A stretch of DNA of 43,937 nucleotides from Planctomycetota bacterium (GCA_003559755.1 PWKM01000150.1:1-43937), one strand, 5' to 3'; positions 17,533-26,842 are shown, counted from the stretch's first letter. Numbers and translations: made by a program. Notes: generated by a model not told the origin, from the letters alone.

Positions 17533-18906
17533 ATGCCTAAAGCCCGTACCATCCTGTGGATTATGACCCTTCTTCTCATCGTCCTGATGTGCACGCAATG
17601 GGGCTGGCACATCGGAGGCGACGTGCGCGAGATCCCGCGCGGCGACCGGGTGGACCTCCACCGCACCGGCGGGGTGCATATCACCCCGGGCTACGTGCTC
17701 CTGGTGGTCACATTCCTGGCGTGGGCGGCGTATGTCGTCGTGACGTTCCGCTTCTTCGAGATACGGTTCCCCGCGCTCCCCGTGTTCGTGCTCCTGGCTG
17801 TAGTGGTCGTCTCGACCATCTACACCCGGCAGTGGGGCGGCGGGGTCGGCGGGATCGCCCAGTTAGGCGGGGTGTTCATCGGCGGATGGTGCATCTTCGC
17901 CAATTGTATCGACACCCGACAGCGGCTCCGGGCCGCCATCGATCTGTTCAGCATCGTGGTCGGGGCGATCGTCGTCTTCGCACTGTGGCAATACCGTGCC
18001 GAATCGGATGCAGGAAATGCGTTCGCCATCGCGGGGACGTTCGGCAACCGGAACGTGCTCGGCGCCTTTTTCGCGTCCGCCCTTCCCTTCCTGTTCGCCC
18101 TCGGGCTGTACGAGGAGCGCATCTGGCAGCGGTTCGCCCTGGTGCTGCTGGTCGCCCTCGGCGCGGCGGTCACACTGTCCGCCGGGGCGCTCATCGCCAT
18201 TGCGGTCGCCTGCCTCTTCGTCGCTGCTCTGAAATCGCGGACCGCCCTCCTGGGCACGGTCGTCGCCATCACCCTGGGGCTGACCCTCGTGCCCGGATTC
18301 CTTTCGCTCCCCCGACACACCGACGTGGTGGTCAGCTCGGCCTCGCCATACCTGTACAACAACTATCTCGACCGGCGGACTCGTACCGGCGAGCCGATAC
18401 CGGGGCACGACGAGTATGACACGGCGGTGCGATACAAGCGATGGTTCGCGGCGGCCAGGAGCGTCCAGGGCACACTGAGCAAGACGCTGTGGGGTGCCGG
18501 CCCCGGGCGATACAACGATACGGTCCGCCCGGAAATCCGGCTGGTACACACCCGCCGGGCCGACACCGACTCGGTGCCCGATTTCAACATCAGCGTCGCC
18601 GAGCCGGACTCGTTCAACATGTACCTGGTCACCTTTGTCGAGTACGGTCCGTTTGCGTTCGTCGCCCTGCTGTGGCTGGGGATGTGGCTGCTCGGGCGGA
18701 ACCTTCGCGGTTTCCGAGAGGTCAAGGACAGCACCGGGCGTGCCCTGGCCGTCGGCTCGGCGGCGGCCGTACTGGGTGCCGGAATCTGTGCCGTCTTCTC
18801 CAGCATCCTCGTTCGCGGGGTGGCCCTGCCCTTTCTTTTCGTGGCCCTTTCTGGTATTCTCTGGCCACGGTTGCCGGATACCGCTCCGAAGGATGGAGCC
18901 CGGTGA
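17533..18906 (+). CDS. O-antigen ligase/polymerase (Wzy_C)-like multi-pass membrane protein
   Basis: 457 aa with about 10-12 TM helices. The central segment GNRNVLGAFFASALPFLFALGLY...LVALGAAVTLSAGALIAIAVA resembles the O-antigen ligase family core. Confidence 0.6.
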   Translation: MPKARTILWIMTLLLIVLMCTQWGWHIGGDVREIPRGDRVDLHRTGGVHITPGYVLLVVTFLAWAAYVVVTFRFFEIRFPALPVFVLLAVVVVSTIYTRQWGGGVGGIAQLGGVFIGGWCIFANCIDTRQRLRAAIDLFSIVVGAIVVFALWQYRAESDAGNAFAIAGTFGNRNVLGAFFASALPFLFALGLYEERIWQRFALVLLVALGAAVTLSAGALIAIAVACLFVAALKSRTALLGTVVAITLGLTLVPGFLSLPRHTDVVVSSASPYLYNNYLDRRTRTGEPIPGHDEYDTAVRYKRWFAAARSVQGTLSKTLWGAGPGRYNDTVRPEIRLVHTRRADTDSVPDFNISVAEPDSFNMYLVTFVEYGPFAFVALLWLGMWLLGRNLRGFREVKDSTGRALAVGSAAAVLGAGICAVFSSILVRGVALPFLFVALSGILWPRLPDTAPKDGAR

Positions 18907-18941
18907 CCGCCGTTTCTCGCCCGAATGCGACGAGGTGATAA

Positions 18942-19973
18942 ATGGTCCGTGTCGCCGTTACCGGGGCCAGCGGCCTTGTCGGGGAGTATCTGCTCCGACT
19001 GCTGGTTGGGCACCCGGAAGTTGAACTCACCTATCTGAGCTCGAACAGCTCGGCCGGCCAGCCCGTTTCCGACGTGCTGCCGCCGCTCCAGGGGCAGCTC
19101 GCGATCGACTTCCTCGCGCCAAAGCCCGACGAGATCGCTCAGGCGGCCGACGTGGCCATCCTCGCCCACAAGTCATCCGAATCGCTCGAACTGGCCCCGC
19201 AGTTGCTCGACGCAGGGCTCAAGATCATCGATATCGGCGGCGAGTTCCGGCTGAAGGACCCGGGCCTGTATCGCCAGTGGTACGGGCAGGAACACACCCA
19301 ACCCGTGCTCCTCGCCGAGGCGGTCTATGGGCTGCCCGAGCTGTACCGCGAGCAGATTCGCTCGGCCCGGATCGTCGCCAACCCCGGCTGCTATCCGACG
19401 TCGGTGCTCATCCCGCTCGTGCCGCTGCTCCTGGGCGGGCTCATCGACCCGGCCGGCATTCGCGTCAGCTCGGCGTCCGGGCTGACCGGTGCGGGCCGGA
19501 CCAGCGGGAAGCTGTTTATCGACGTGAACGAGGACATGCGGGCGTACGCCGTGGCCGGCCACCGCCACCGGCCCGAGATGGAGCAGGAGCTGGCCGCCGC
19601 CACCGGGCAGGATGTCCGCCTTACGTTCGTCCCGCACCTCATACCGGTCAACCGGGGTATCTTGTCGACCGTGTTCGCCCAACCGACGGCGGGGACCGAC
19701 CCCGCCTCGCTGCGCCGAGCGCTGGCCGGGGCGTATGCCGAGGAACACTACGTCCGCGTCCGGCATTCCGGCACCGATGTCCGGCTGGCCCATGTCGTGG
19801 GGACCAACTACTGCGATATCGCGGTCGAGTGCCAGAAGGAGTCCGACGGGGTGCTCGTCTTCTCCGCCCTCGACAACATGCTCAAGGGCGCGTGCAGCCA
19901 GGCCGTTCAGAATATGAACCTGATGTTCGATCTAGATGAGTCCGCCGGAATCGGCGGGCTGGGAGCATGCTGA
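18942..19973 (+). CDS. argC: N-acetyl-gamma-glutamyl-phosphate reductase
   Basis: MVRVAVTGASGLVGEYLLRLLVGHPEVEL Rossmann N-terminus. Catalytic-Cys motif ANPGCYPTSVLIPLVPLL. C-terminal DNMLKGACSQAVQNMNLMF. Confidence 0.93.
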   Translation: MVRVAVTGASGLVGEYLLRLLVGHPEVELTYLSSNSSAGQPVSDVLPPLQGQLAIDFLAPKPDEIAQAADVAILAHKSSESLELAPQLLDAGLKIIDIGGEFRLKDPGLYRQWYGQEHTQPVLLAEAVYGLPELYREQIRSARIVANPGCYPTSVLIPLVPLLLGGLIDPAGIRVSSASGLTGAGRTSGKLFIDVNEDMRAYAVAGHRHRPEMEQELAAATGQDVRLTFVPHLIPVNRGILSTVFAQPTAGTDPASLRRALAGAYAEEHYVRVRHSGTDVRLAHVVGTNYCDIAVECQKESDGVLVFSALDNMLKGACSQAVQNMNLMFDLDESAGIGGLGAC

Positions 19974-21058
19974 TGGGAACCGCCTACAAGGATGCCGGCG
20001 TCGATATCGACGCAAACGAGGAATTTGTCGATGCCATCCGGTCCGCCGTCGAGAGCACACACGGCCCGGACGTTGTCCCCGTTCCCGCCGGGTTTTCCGG
20101 CGAGTTGGCCCTGCTGGCCGGGGGCCAGATGCAGCCCGGCCCTCGCCAGACTCTGTTCTCCCGCGAGTTCAAAGACCCCGTGCTCGTCGGCAGCACCGAC
20201 GGGGTGGGCACCAAGCTGAAGATCGCTTTTGCGACCGGGGTACACCATACCGTCGGCTTCGACCTGGTCGCGATGAGCATCAACGACCTCATCACCAACG
20301 GGGCAGCCCCGCTGTTCTTCCTCGACTACCTCGCGTTTACAGAGGTCCCGAACCAGGTCCAGGTCGACGTGGTGAAGGGGATCGCTCGCGCCTGCCGCGA
20401 AGCGGGCTGCGCCCTGCTGGGCGGCGAGCGGGCCGAACTGCCCGGCTTCTACAAGAAGGGCGAGTACGACCTCGCCGGCTTTGCTGTGGGTATCGTGGAC
20501 CGATCGAGGCGGATCCGCGGCAACAAAGTGAGACCGGGGGACGCCATCGTGGGCATCGCATCGAGCGGCCTCCACTCGAACGGATATTCGCTCGTCCGAA
20601 AGGTGTTGCTCGAGGATGCGAAACTGGGGCTCGACGAGTATATCGACGAACTTGGCTGCACCCTGGGCGAAGAGCTGCTCCGGCCCACCCGAATCTATGC
20701 CCAGCCCCTGCACGCGGTCATCCGACACTACAAGGTCAAGGCGGGCGTACGGGCGATCGCCAACATCACCGGCGGGGGACTGATCGACAACGTGCCCCGC
20801 ACCCTGCCCAAGAAGCTCGGCGCTCGGATTCGCAAGAGCGCCTGGCCCCGCCCCCCGATCTTCGACCTGATCCAGCGGCTGGGCGACATCGACGAGGCCG
20901 AGATGTACCGGGTGTTCAACATGGGGATCGGGATGACGATCGTCGTACCGCCGACCTACGCCCAGGCCATCATTCGACGGCTCGACCGGCAGGGCCAGCC
21001 GGCGTACGTCATCGGCCGAGTCCGGCGAGGCACGCACCGCACCGAACTGGTCGATTGA
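19967..21058 (+). CDS. purM: Phosphoribosylformylglycinamidine cyclo-ligase (AIR synthetase)
   Basis: YKDAGVDIDANEEFVDAIR, TDGVGTKLKIAF, DLVAMSINDLITNGAAPLFFLDYLA, GGERAELPGFY, ANITGGGLIDNVPR. The start overlaps the argC stop by 7 nt. Confidence 0.95.
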   Translation: MLMGTAYKDAGVDIDANEEFVDAIRSAVESTHGPDVVPVPAGFSGELALLAGGQMQPGPRQTLFSREFKDPVLVGSTDGVGTKLKIAFATGVHHTVGFDLVAMSINDLITNGAAPLFFLDYLAFTEVPNQVQVDVVKGIARACREAGCALLGGERAELPGFYKKGEYDLAGFAVGIVDRSRRIRGNKVRPGDAIVGIASSGLHSNGYSLVRKVLLEDAKLGLDEYIDELGCTLGEELLRPTRIYAQPLHAVIRHYKVKAGVRAIANITGGGLIDNVPRTLPKKLGARIRKSAWPRPPIFDLIQRLGDIDEAEMYRVFNMGIGMTIVVPPTYAQAIIRRLDRQGQPAYVIGRVRRGTHRTELVD

Positions 21059-21079
21059 ACGCGGCGGCAGGAGCGCGCG

Positions 21080-21712
21080 ATGAGCGTTCAAGTGAAAATC
21101 TGCGGCGTGCGGCGGATCGAGGACGCCTTGTGTGCGGCGGAGGCGGGAGCCGACATGATCGGCCTGAACTTCTGGCCGGGTACGCCCCGCTGTGTGACGC
21201 TGGAGCAAGCCCGTGAGATTACGGACGCCGTGGCCGGTCGGATCAAGATCGTCGCGGTGTTCGTCGACGCGCCCCGTGGCGAGATTCTGGCAACGGCCGA
21301 CGCCGTCGGGGCGGATTACGTCCAGTTGCACGGTTCCGAGTCGCCCGAGTTCGTTCGCGACCTGGGTCCCCGGCCGATCATCAAGGCGTTCCGTGTCCGG
21401 TCGGAAGAAGACCTCGCCGGCATGTCCGACTTTGCAGCGGCGGTCTATCTGCTGGACGCCCGCGTGCCCGGGATGAAGGGCGGGACCGGCCGGACCATCG
21501 ACTGGGAGCTCGCCCGCCAGGCGGCCGAGTCGCGCCCCGTTCTCCTGGCCGGCGGGCTGACGCCCCGGAACGTGGCGGAGGCCGTGCGGACGGCTCGTCC
21601 CTGGGGCGTCGATACCGCGAGCGGCGTCGAAGTGGAACCGGGGGTGAAAGACCCGGAGAAGATACGATGTTTCGTCCGAAACGCAAAAGCAGAAGAGGAG
21701 GAGCGGCCATGA
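21080..21712 (+). CDS. trpF: Phosphoribosylanthranilate isomerase
   Basis: VKICGVRRIEDALCAAEAGADMIGLNFWPGTPRCV ... YVQLHGSESPE ... LAGGLTPRNVAEAV ... GVDTASGVE. Confidence 0.92.
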   Translation: MSVQVKICGVRRIEDALCAAEAGADMIGLNFWPGTPRCVTLEQAREITDAVAGRIKIVAVFVDAPRGEILATADAVGADYVQLHGSESPEFVRDLGPRPIIKAFRVRSEEDLAGMSDFAAAVYLLDARVPGMKGGTGRTIDWELARQAAESRPVLLAGGLTPRNVAEAVRTARPWGVDTASGVEVEPGVKDPEKIRCFVRNAKAEEEERP

Positions 21713-23004
21713 AGGCGATAGCAACGGTGGCATTGGGAATCGTTCTAACGGCAGCGAGCGTAGTATGGGCCGGCGAACCGGAGTTGCACCTGATGCACAT
21801 GCAGACGGCGCCCGCCACCCGGGATGCCGTTCAGAGGGCCGTCGATCGCTTCACCGAGACCACCGGGGTCGAGGTCCGTGTCGAGGTACACAAGAACGAG
21901 CCGTACAAGCAGAAGCTCGCGACGGTGCTTGGCTCCGCCGAGGCCCCGGATGTCTTTCATACCTGGGGCGGGGGCATCCTCGAGGCCCAGGTCCGTCAGG
22001 GTGGGGCGGCCCCCTTCCCCGAGGATTTCCCGGTCGAGGGCATCAGCACGGCGGTGCTCGAGTTCTGCACAGTGGACGGTCAGCTCTACGCAGTCCCGAC
22101 GGACGTCTCGTTGGTTCTCTTCTACTATCGACCAAGCGTTTTCCGACTGCACGACATCGATGTCCCGGGCACGTTTCAGGAGTTGCTGGACACCTGCCGC
22201 GCCCTTCGTGGCCGGGGTGTGATCCCCATCGCGCTGGGCAACCTCGAACAATGGCCGGGCGCTTTCTACTTCGACTACCTGATGGTCCGACAGGAAGCGG
22301 CCGGCGACTATCTGGCCCAGACCGAAGAGGCCGGCGAGCCGGTCCAGACCCCGGCCGCCCGGACGGCAGCCGAGAAGATCAACGCACTTGTCCGGCACCA
22401 CGCGTTCAACCCCGGTTTCAACGGAATCGGATATGACGACTCCCGTTCCGCCTTCTTCCGAAAGGAGGCCTCGATGACGCTGATGGGCACCTGGCTGCTC
22501 TCGTTCGCGCTGCAGGAACAGGAGGAGGACCGGACCATCGACGTCGACGATATCGGCGTGTTCCCCTTCCCGGCCCTCGGCAATTCTGGGGACGGCGACG
22601 AGGCCCTCCTGGGCGGCACGAATGCCGCCTACGCCGTCTCGGAGACGAGCCGACACAAAGACCTTGCGTTCCAGCTCGTTCAGTATCTGACCGACGAGCA
22701 GGCGGCTTTGGAATGGGCCGAGGCGTGGCGGATTCCCGCCCGCCAGGTCGATCTACCCGGCGGGCCGGACGTCCTCAATGAGGTGGGCCAACTGCTGGAG
22801 CAGGCGTCATACCTGCAGCTTTACTTCGACCAGGCGCTGCCGCCGGATGAGGCGGAGCAGCACAAGGCGTACACCCAATCGCTGTTTGTGGGCGAACCCC
22901 ACGTCGCGATCCGCATCATCGTAATCGTGGTGGCGGTGCTCGCTGTTCTGGTGTTCGCGAGAATCCTTCGGAGCGTGTTCGGGAGCGGCGAGGGGACCGA
23001 GTAA
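21709..23004 (+). CDS. Extracellular solute-binding protein (ABC-type family 1, sugar-type) with an extra C-terminal TM helix
   Basis: GAGGAGGAG RBS, and the ATG at 21709 overlaps the trpF TGA (ATGA). Signal peptide MKAIATVALGIVLTAASVVWA. SBP_bac_1-like motifs (PDVFHTWGGG, YAVPTDVSLVLFYYR, IPIALGNLEQWPGAFYFDY). The C-terminal VAIRIIVIVVAVLAVLVFARIL is hydrophobic. No permease or ATPase genes are adjacent. Confidence 0.8.
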   Translation: MKAIATVALGIVLTAASVVWAGEPELHLMHMQTAPATRDAVQRAVDRFTETTGVEVRVEVHKNEPYKQKLATVLGSAEAPDVFHTWGGGILEAQVRQGGAAPFPEDFPVEGISTAVLEFCTVDGQLYAVPTDVSLVLFYYRPSVFRLHDIDVPGTFQELLDTCRALRGRGVIPIALGNLEQWPGAFYFDYLMVRQEAAGDYLAQTEEAGEPVQTPAARTAAEKINALVRHHAFNPGFNGIGYDDSRSAFFRKEASMTLMGTWLLSFALQEQEEDRTIDVDDIGVFPFPALGNSGDGDEALLGGTNAAYAVSETSRHKDLAFQLVQYLTDEQAALEWAEAWRIPARQVDLPGGPDVLNEVGQLLEQASYLQLYFDQALPPDEAEQHKAYTQSLFVGEPHVAIRIIVIVVAVLAVLVFARILRSVFGSGEGTE

Positions 23005-23134
23005 CCGGATCAGGGCGATGGCCAGAGGGGATGCGTGAAAGGCGGCCCGCCGTACCGCGGGCCATGATGCGATCGTTCGCAATATCAGGGGACCTGTGAG
23101 CAGGCGGCGGACCGCCGCCCGGTGTTCGGCGGAG

Positions 23135-23335
23135 TCAGGCCTTGAGCTGCTTGTCGGGCTCGTCTTCGACGGCCTCGTTCACCTCATCCTCGACCTCTTT
23201 GAGTCCCTTTTTGAACTCCTGGATGCTCTGCCCGACGCTGCGCATGACCTGGGGGAGCCGGGAGCCGAAGATGAGGAGTGCGACAATGAGGATGATGATC
23301 CATTCGCTGCCGCCGGGAAGTCCAAATGCAAGCAT
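23135..23335 (-). CDS. tatA: Twin-arginine translocase subunit TatA/E
   Basis: MLAFGLPGGSEWIIILIVALLIFGSRLPQVMRSVGQSIQEFKKGLKE plus an acidic tail. AGGAG lies upstream of ATG 23335; the longer ORF-track start at 23428 is unlikely. Confidence 0.88.
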   Translation of the reverse strand: MLAFGLPGGSEWIIILIVALLIFGSRLPQVMRSVGQSIQEFKKGLKEVEDEVNEAVEDEPDKQLKA

Positions 23336-23395
23336 TTCTGATACTCCTTTCGGGGTCGGGCAAGGCCGGGCCGGCCACCCGATCATTCTAACATG

Positions 23396-23424
23396 AGTGT
23401 ATAGCGTGTCGCTCGCCGTGTCAA
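23396..23424 (-). promoter_or_regulatory. Candidate sigma-70 promoter for tatA (TTGACA-N17-TACACT)
   Basis: On the minus strand, TTGACA is at 23424-23419 and TACACT at 23401-23396, about 60 nt upstream of the tatA ATG. Confidence 0.35.
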
Positions 23425-23659
23425 CCATGCGGTCGCCGTTGCCCGGAGAGAGCCCGGACTGGCCGTGTTGTTCGCGATCATTCCGGCCGAACTATCGGCG
23501 TAACTGGTCTGCTCCGCCCGGATTACCGTTCAAGTTTTGCCACGAAACCGTCGATACGTAAATTACCGAGACATCATGCCATGTGCTGTGGCAATCGCCG
23601 GCTGAGAGTTCGGGTGCCCGAACTGGGCAAGCGTGTCGTCTGGGAGAGGAGTCAGGAAT

Positions 23660-24013
23660 ATGATTTGCCATCGCGAGGGATGCAAGCGGACGGTTCCTCC
23701 GGGTCGTCGGAAATATTGTTCGGAAGAATGCAGCAAGATCGTGAATCGACGCAGTGCGGCCGAACGTTCGCGCCGCCGGGCCGAGATGTATCGCCGCCGG
23801 CGTCTGGTCAAATACGCGCCGCGAACCTGCCTCGCCTGCGGTGATGAGTTCAGCTCGGAGGGGCCTTGGAACCGCATCTGCTCGTCCTGCAGCGACAGCA
23901 ACAGCGCGGTCTCGTATTCCCGCTCGCGCGGCAACCATATGAGTTCGCCCGATCCCGATGATGAACTGTTGACGGATAGCGAGCCGGACACGGAGGACAC
24001 GCCGGATTACTGA
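23660..24013 (+). CDS. Small hypothetical protein with two Cys4 zinc-ribbon-like clusters, a basic centre and an acidic tail
   Basis: GGAGAGGAG RBS before ATG 23660. C-x4-C-x12-C-x3-C and C-x2-C-x15-C-x2-C patterns. Followed by a clear intrinsic terminator. Confidence 0.55.
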   Translation: MICHREGCKRTVPPGRRKYCSEECSKIVNRRSAAERSRRRAEMYRRRRLVKYAPRTCLACGDEFSSEGPWNRICSSCSDSNSAVSYSRSRGNHMSSPDPDDELLTDSEPDTEDTPDY

Positions 24014-24044
24014 GGGCCGGGGCTCCCCCGAATTTCGATCACCA

Positions 24045-24075
24045 GGGTCTGCCTGCGGGCAGGCCCTTTTCTATT
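24045..24075 (+). terminator. Rho-independent terminator after the zinc-ribbon gene
   Basis: GGGTCTGCC-TGCG-GGCAGGCCC forms a 9-bp stem with one G-U pair, followed by TTTTCTATT. It sits between convergent genes. Confidence 0.6.
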
Positions 24076-25738
24076 CGGTATCCGGTTCCGGCGGCCGCGT
24101 GAGGAGGCGGGCGTCCGACCATCCGAGTTCGTTGCAGAGATCGACGACGCGCACCACCCATCGGTAGAGTGTTGCCGGCTCGGGCTGGATGGTGACCTGG
24201 ACATCGTCGGCGGTTCGTCGCAGGCCCGCGATGTATGTGAGGCGCTCGCGGAGCCAGATCAGGTCCCCGGTCTCGGAGGGATCACTTTCCGACAGGGTGA
24301 CGGTCACGGGCGGGATTTGGGCGGGGTGGCCGTCGCTGACGCCGATGTGGATATGTATCCGTTCGATGCGTGCCGGCCTCTCGACGTCGCGTCTGGCGAG
24401 CGGACCGCGGTTCCAGTCCAGGCGCAGGGCCATGTGATCGCGTGTTCTCACCTCGAGGGGTTCATGCGTCGCTCCCTCGATCACTTTCGTCTCGGCCGGT
24501 TCTGCTTCCTGGATGGCGTGGAACACTTCGGCCAGTTGCAGTGCGGTCGTATCCTCGTCGATGATGACGGAGAATCCCTTGTCCGAATCGCCCTCTTGCC
24601 AGAGGGTTGCCAGTTCTTGTGCGGTGACCCGTGCGCCGTCGATCTGGATACGGTTTTCCTGGAGCTCGGCGGTCAGACCGACCTCGAGGTCTTCCTTGAG
24701 TCGGACGGTTTCGAGCGATTCGACCTGTATGCCGCTCCGGTGGATGGCATCGAACGCCCGGTATATTGCGTCGGGCGGCGCCCCGTGGTCGATTGTGATG
24801 CGGAGCGAGTCTTCGTCCTCTTTGTCCCGAATATCTCGAAGTGTGTCGAGCAGGAACATCGGTTCGCGCTCGTTGAGCAGCACGCGCCCGCCCCGGGTGA
24901 TGTCCATGTGGATGACCTGGCCCCCGAACTCGTTTTTGGGGGGCGGTTCCGGCAGTTCGGCGGGTTTGATGATGAGGGTGACCTCGGTGCCTACCGGCGG
25001 GACGACGTCGGTGTTGACGACGAACGCCCGGTCGTCGGCCCCGATTTCAAGCGGGAGGTCAAGCACGGACATCGGGTCACGGAACACGGTGACCACGGAT
25101 AGCTCGCGGTTCGCCCAGTAGATTTCCCTTCCGGTCTGGGGCTCCTGGACAAATCGGCTGCCCAGGAATACGTAATGGGTTCGGCACATCAGCCGTTGGT
25201 CGATCTGGTTCCAGACCAGGTCTTCCGAGCGGTACGTCTTGGGGCCGTCCTCGGTCTCGAACCGGACGTAGATGTTCACCGGGTCCCCGGAGGGGGCATG
25301 CTCGGGGTCCCCCTGGAATCGCGGCCCGGCGTCGGCCGGTGCGGGCTTCAGCCCGAGGGCAAGCAGGAACATATGGAGGTCGCTCGGCTGGAGGTCGAGC
25401 GCGATGATGCTCTCGTATTCTTTGCCGCCGCGTGCACAGGCGAGCAGTTCGATGGGGCCTTCATCCAGGCAGATTTCCCCGTCGACCTCGATGCGTCTCT
25501 CCTCGGGGTAAAGCCGCGCCCCGCGCCTGCTGATGACCTTCCGGTCGGCGATTTCGGGCAGGGCTTCGGGGTCCTCGATCTCTTCCCGCTCGACGATGTC
25601 ATCCGCTTCGGGCGCCTCGTCGGCGTTCGCGGAGCCGGCCCAGATGGCCGGGGCCAGGGCGGCAAGAATGAGAGCAACGGCAAGGCGGGGTCCCATCCGC
25701 AAGAATGTCAACTTTCGGGCTGAATTTAACGTTCTCAT
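24071..25738 (-). CDS. Secreted protein: YdjY-like N-terminal domain followed by three ExbD-periplasmic-domain-like repeats
   Basis: Signal peptide (LAVALILAALAPAIWAGSANA). YdjY-like segment (EVDGEICLDEGPIELLACARGGKEYESIIALDLQPSDLHMFLLALGL). Three segments fit the ExbD C-domain pattern (e.g. IHMDITRGGRVLLNE...LRITIDHGAPPDAIYRAFDAIHRSGIQ; VQVTIQPEPATLYRWVVRVVDLCNELGW). It is the last gene of the TPR-exbBDD operon. Confidence 0.7.
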   Translation of the reverse strand: MRTLNSARKLTFLRMGPRLAVALILAALAPAIWAGSANADEAPEADDIVEREEIEDPEALPEIADRKVISRRGARLYPEERRIEVDGEICLDEGPIELLACARGGKEYESIIALDLQPSDLHMFLLALGLKPAPADAGPRFQGDPEHAPSGDPVNIYVRFETEDGPKTYRSEDLVWNQIDQRLMCRTHYVFLGSRFVQEPQTGREIYWANRELSVVTVFRDPMSVLDLPLEIGADDRAFVVNTDVVPPVGTEVTLIIKPAELPEPPPKNEFGGQVIHMDITRGGRVLLNEREPMFLLDTLRDIRDKEDEDSLRITIDHGAPPDAIYRAFDAIHRSGIQVESLETVRLKEDLEVGLTAELQENRIQIDGARVTAQELATLWQEGDSDKGFSVIIDEDTTALQLAEVFHAIQEAEPAETKVIEGATHEPLEVRTRDHMALRLDWNRGPLARRDVERPARIERIHIHIGVSDGHPAQIPPVTVTLSESDPSETGDLIWLRERLTYIAGLRRTADDVQVTIQPEPATLYRWVVRVVDLCNELGWSDARLLTRPPEPDTE

Positions 25739-25806
25739 ATGCGTGCCTGTCCGCTTCGGCCGGCCATTCGTGCTAATCAATGCTGCTGTTCGCCGGTTCG
25801 TGTTTC

Positions 25807-26325
25807 TCAGCCGTCTGGCGGGTCACGTGGGAGCGACCTTCTGGAGGCGGCAAAATTGACCTCCTGGAACCCTTCGCCGCGACATATGGCGACGGCCTTG
25901 ATGACCCATCTGTACTTGACGGCGGGTTCGACCTCGAGTATGACCGGTACATTCTCCCGGACCTGCGGGTCCTGGGCGTGCTTGGCGATTTCCTGGTGGA
26001 GCGTTCTGAGTCCACCGAGCACGGTCCGATCGACATCGATTTGGATGCCGTCGTCCGGCGCGCGGGTCACCTCGTATGTCGGCTCCGCCTCGGGGTCCCC
26101 TCCCCGTGTGCGGATCGTCACCCTGATCTCCGGTTCGATCTCGGCCACGGTCAGTTGGTCGGGCGGGCCGGCCTCCTGGGGCAGGTAGGCCTCGAGCTCG
26201 CCCTCGGGGACGCGGAAGCGGGTGACCACGAAGAAGAAGATCAACAACTGGAACACGATGTCGATCATCGGGGTCATCTGGAGCTTTGAGTCTTCGCCCG
26301 CATTCATGCCTCGCAGGAACTTCAT
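25807..26325 (-). CDS. exbD: ExbD/TolR biopolymer transport protein (paralogue 2)
   Basis: LQMTPMIDIVFQLLIFFFVV TM with the conserved Asp, plus a periplasmic domain (VPVILEVEPAVKYRWVIKAVAICRGEGF). Confidence 0.9.
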   Translation of the reverse strand: MKFLRGMNAGEDSKLQMTPMIDIVFQLLIFFFVVTRFRVPEGELEAYLPQEAGPPDQLTVAEIEPEIRVTIRTRGGDPEAEPTYEVTRAPDDGIQIDVDRTVLGGLRTLHQEIAKHAQDPQVRENVPVILEVEPAVKYRWVIKAVAICRGEGFQEVNFAASRRSLPRDPPDG

Positions 26326-26329
26326 ATCT

Positions 26330-26836
26330 TTATCCCTCTGCCAATCGAACGCTGAACGACATTTTATAGAATCGCATCCGGGCCGCCCGTTCCATCACGT
26401 CCTGAACGGTCCGCCATTCGACGTTTCTGTCCGCCTGGACCAGGATGGGCTGTTCGGATGGTTCGTCCCCCAGCCCCCTGTACTGCCGTTCGACGCGGAA
26501 GTACCTGAGGACCTGGTCCCTGGCCTCGGCCCCCGACTCTCTGAGGTCGTACATCTGCTGTACGCGGCCCTGGATATAGACGGTGTCCATCATCCTGACC
26601 TGGCCGTCTGCAGGGTCAACGCGCTCGCGGGGGATGATGCTGATGATAATCCTGTCGGGGATATTCGTCTCTTCCCGTGCCTGGGCGGCGTAGGGGAGTT
26701 CGAGTCCCTCGATGTGGTCATAGGAGATGATTTCCGAGACCACCAGGAAGAAGATGAGGAGCAGGAACACCACGTCGATCATCGGCGTGAGGTTCATCTC
26801 CAGCTCTTCTGGATGAAATCGCTTGGTGACGTGCAT
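26330..26836 (-). CDS. exbD: ExbD/TolR biopolymer transport protein (paralogue 1)
   Basis: MNLTPMIDVVFLLLIFFLVV TM with the conserved Asp. Its stop lies 4 nt from the start of the next exbD. Confidence 0.9.
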   Translation of the reverse strand: MHVTKRFHPEELEMNLTPMIDVVFLLLIFFLVVSEIISYDHIEGLELPYAAQAREETNIPDRIIISIIPRERVDPADGQVRMMDTVYIQGRVQQMYDLRESGAEARDQVLRYFRVERQYRGLGDEPSEQPILVQADRNVEWRTVQDVMERAARMRFYKMSFSVRLAEG

Positions 26837-26842
26837 GGTGTG

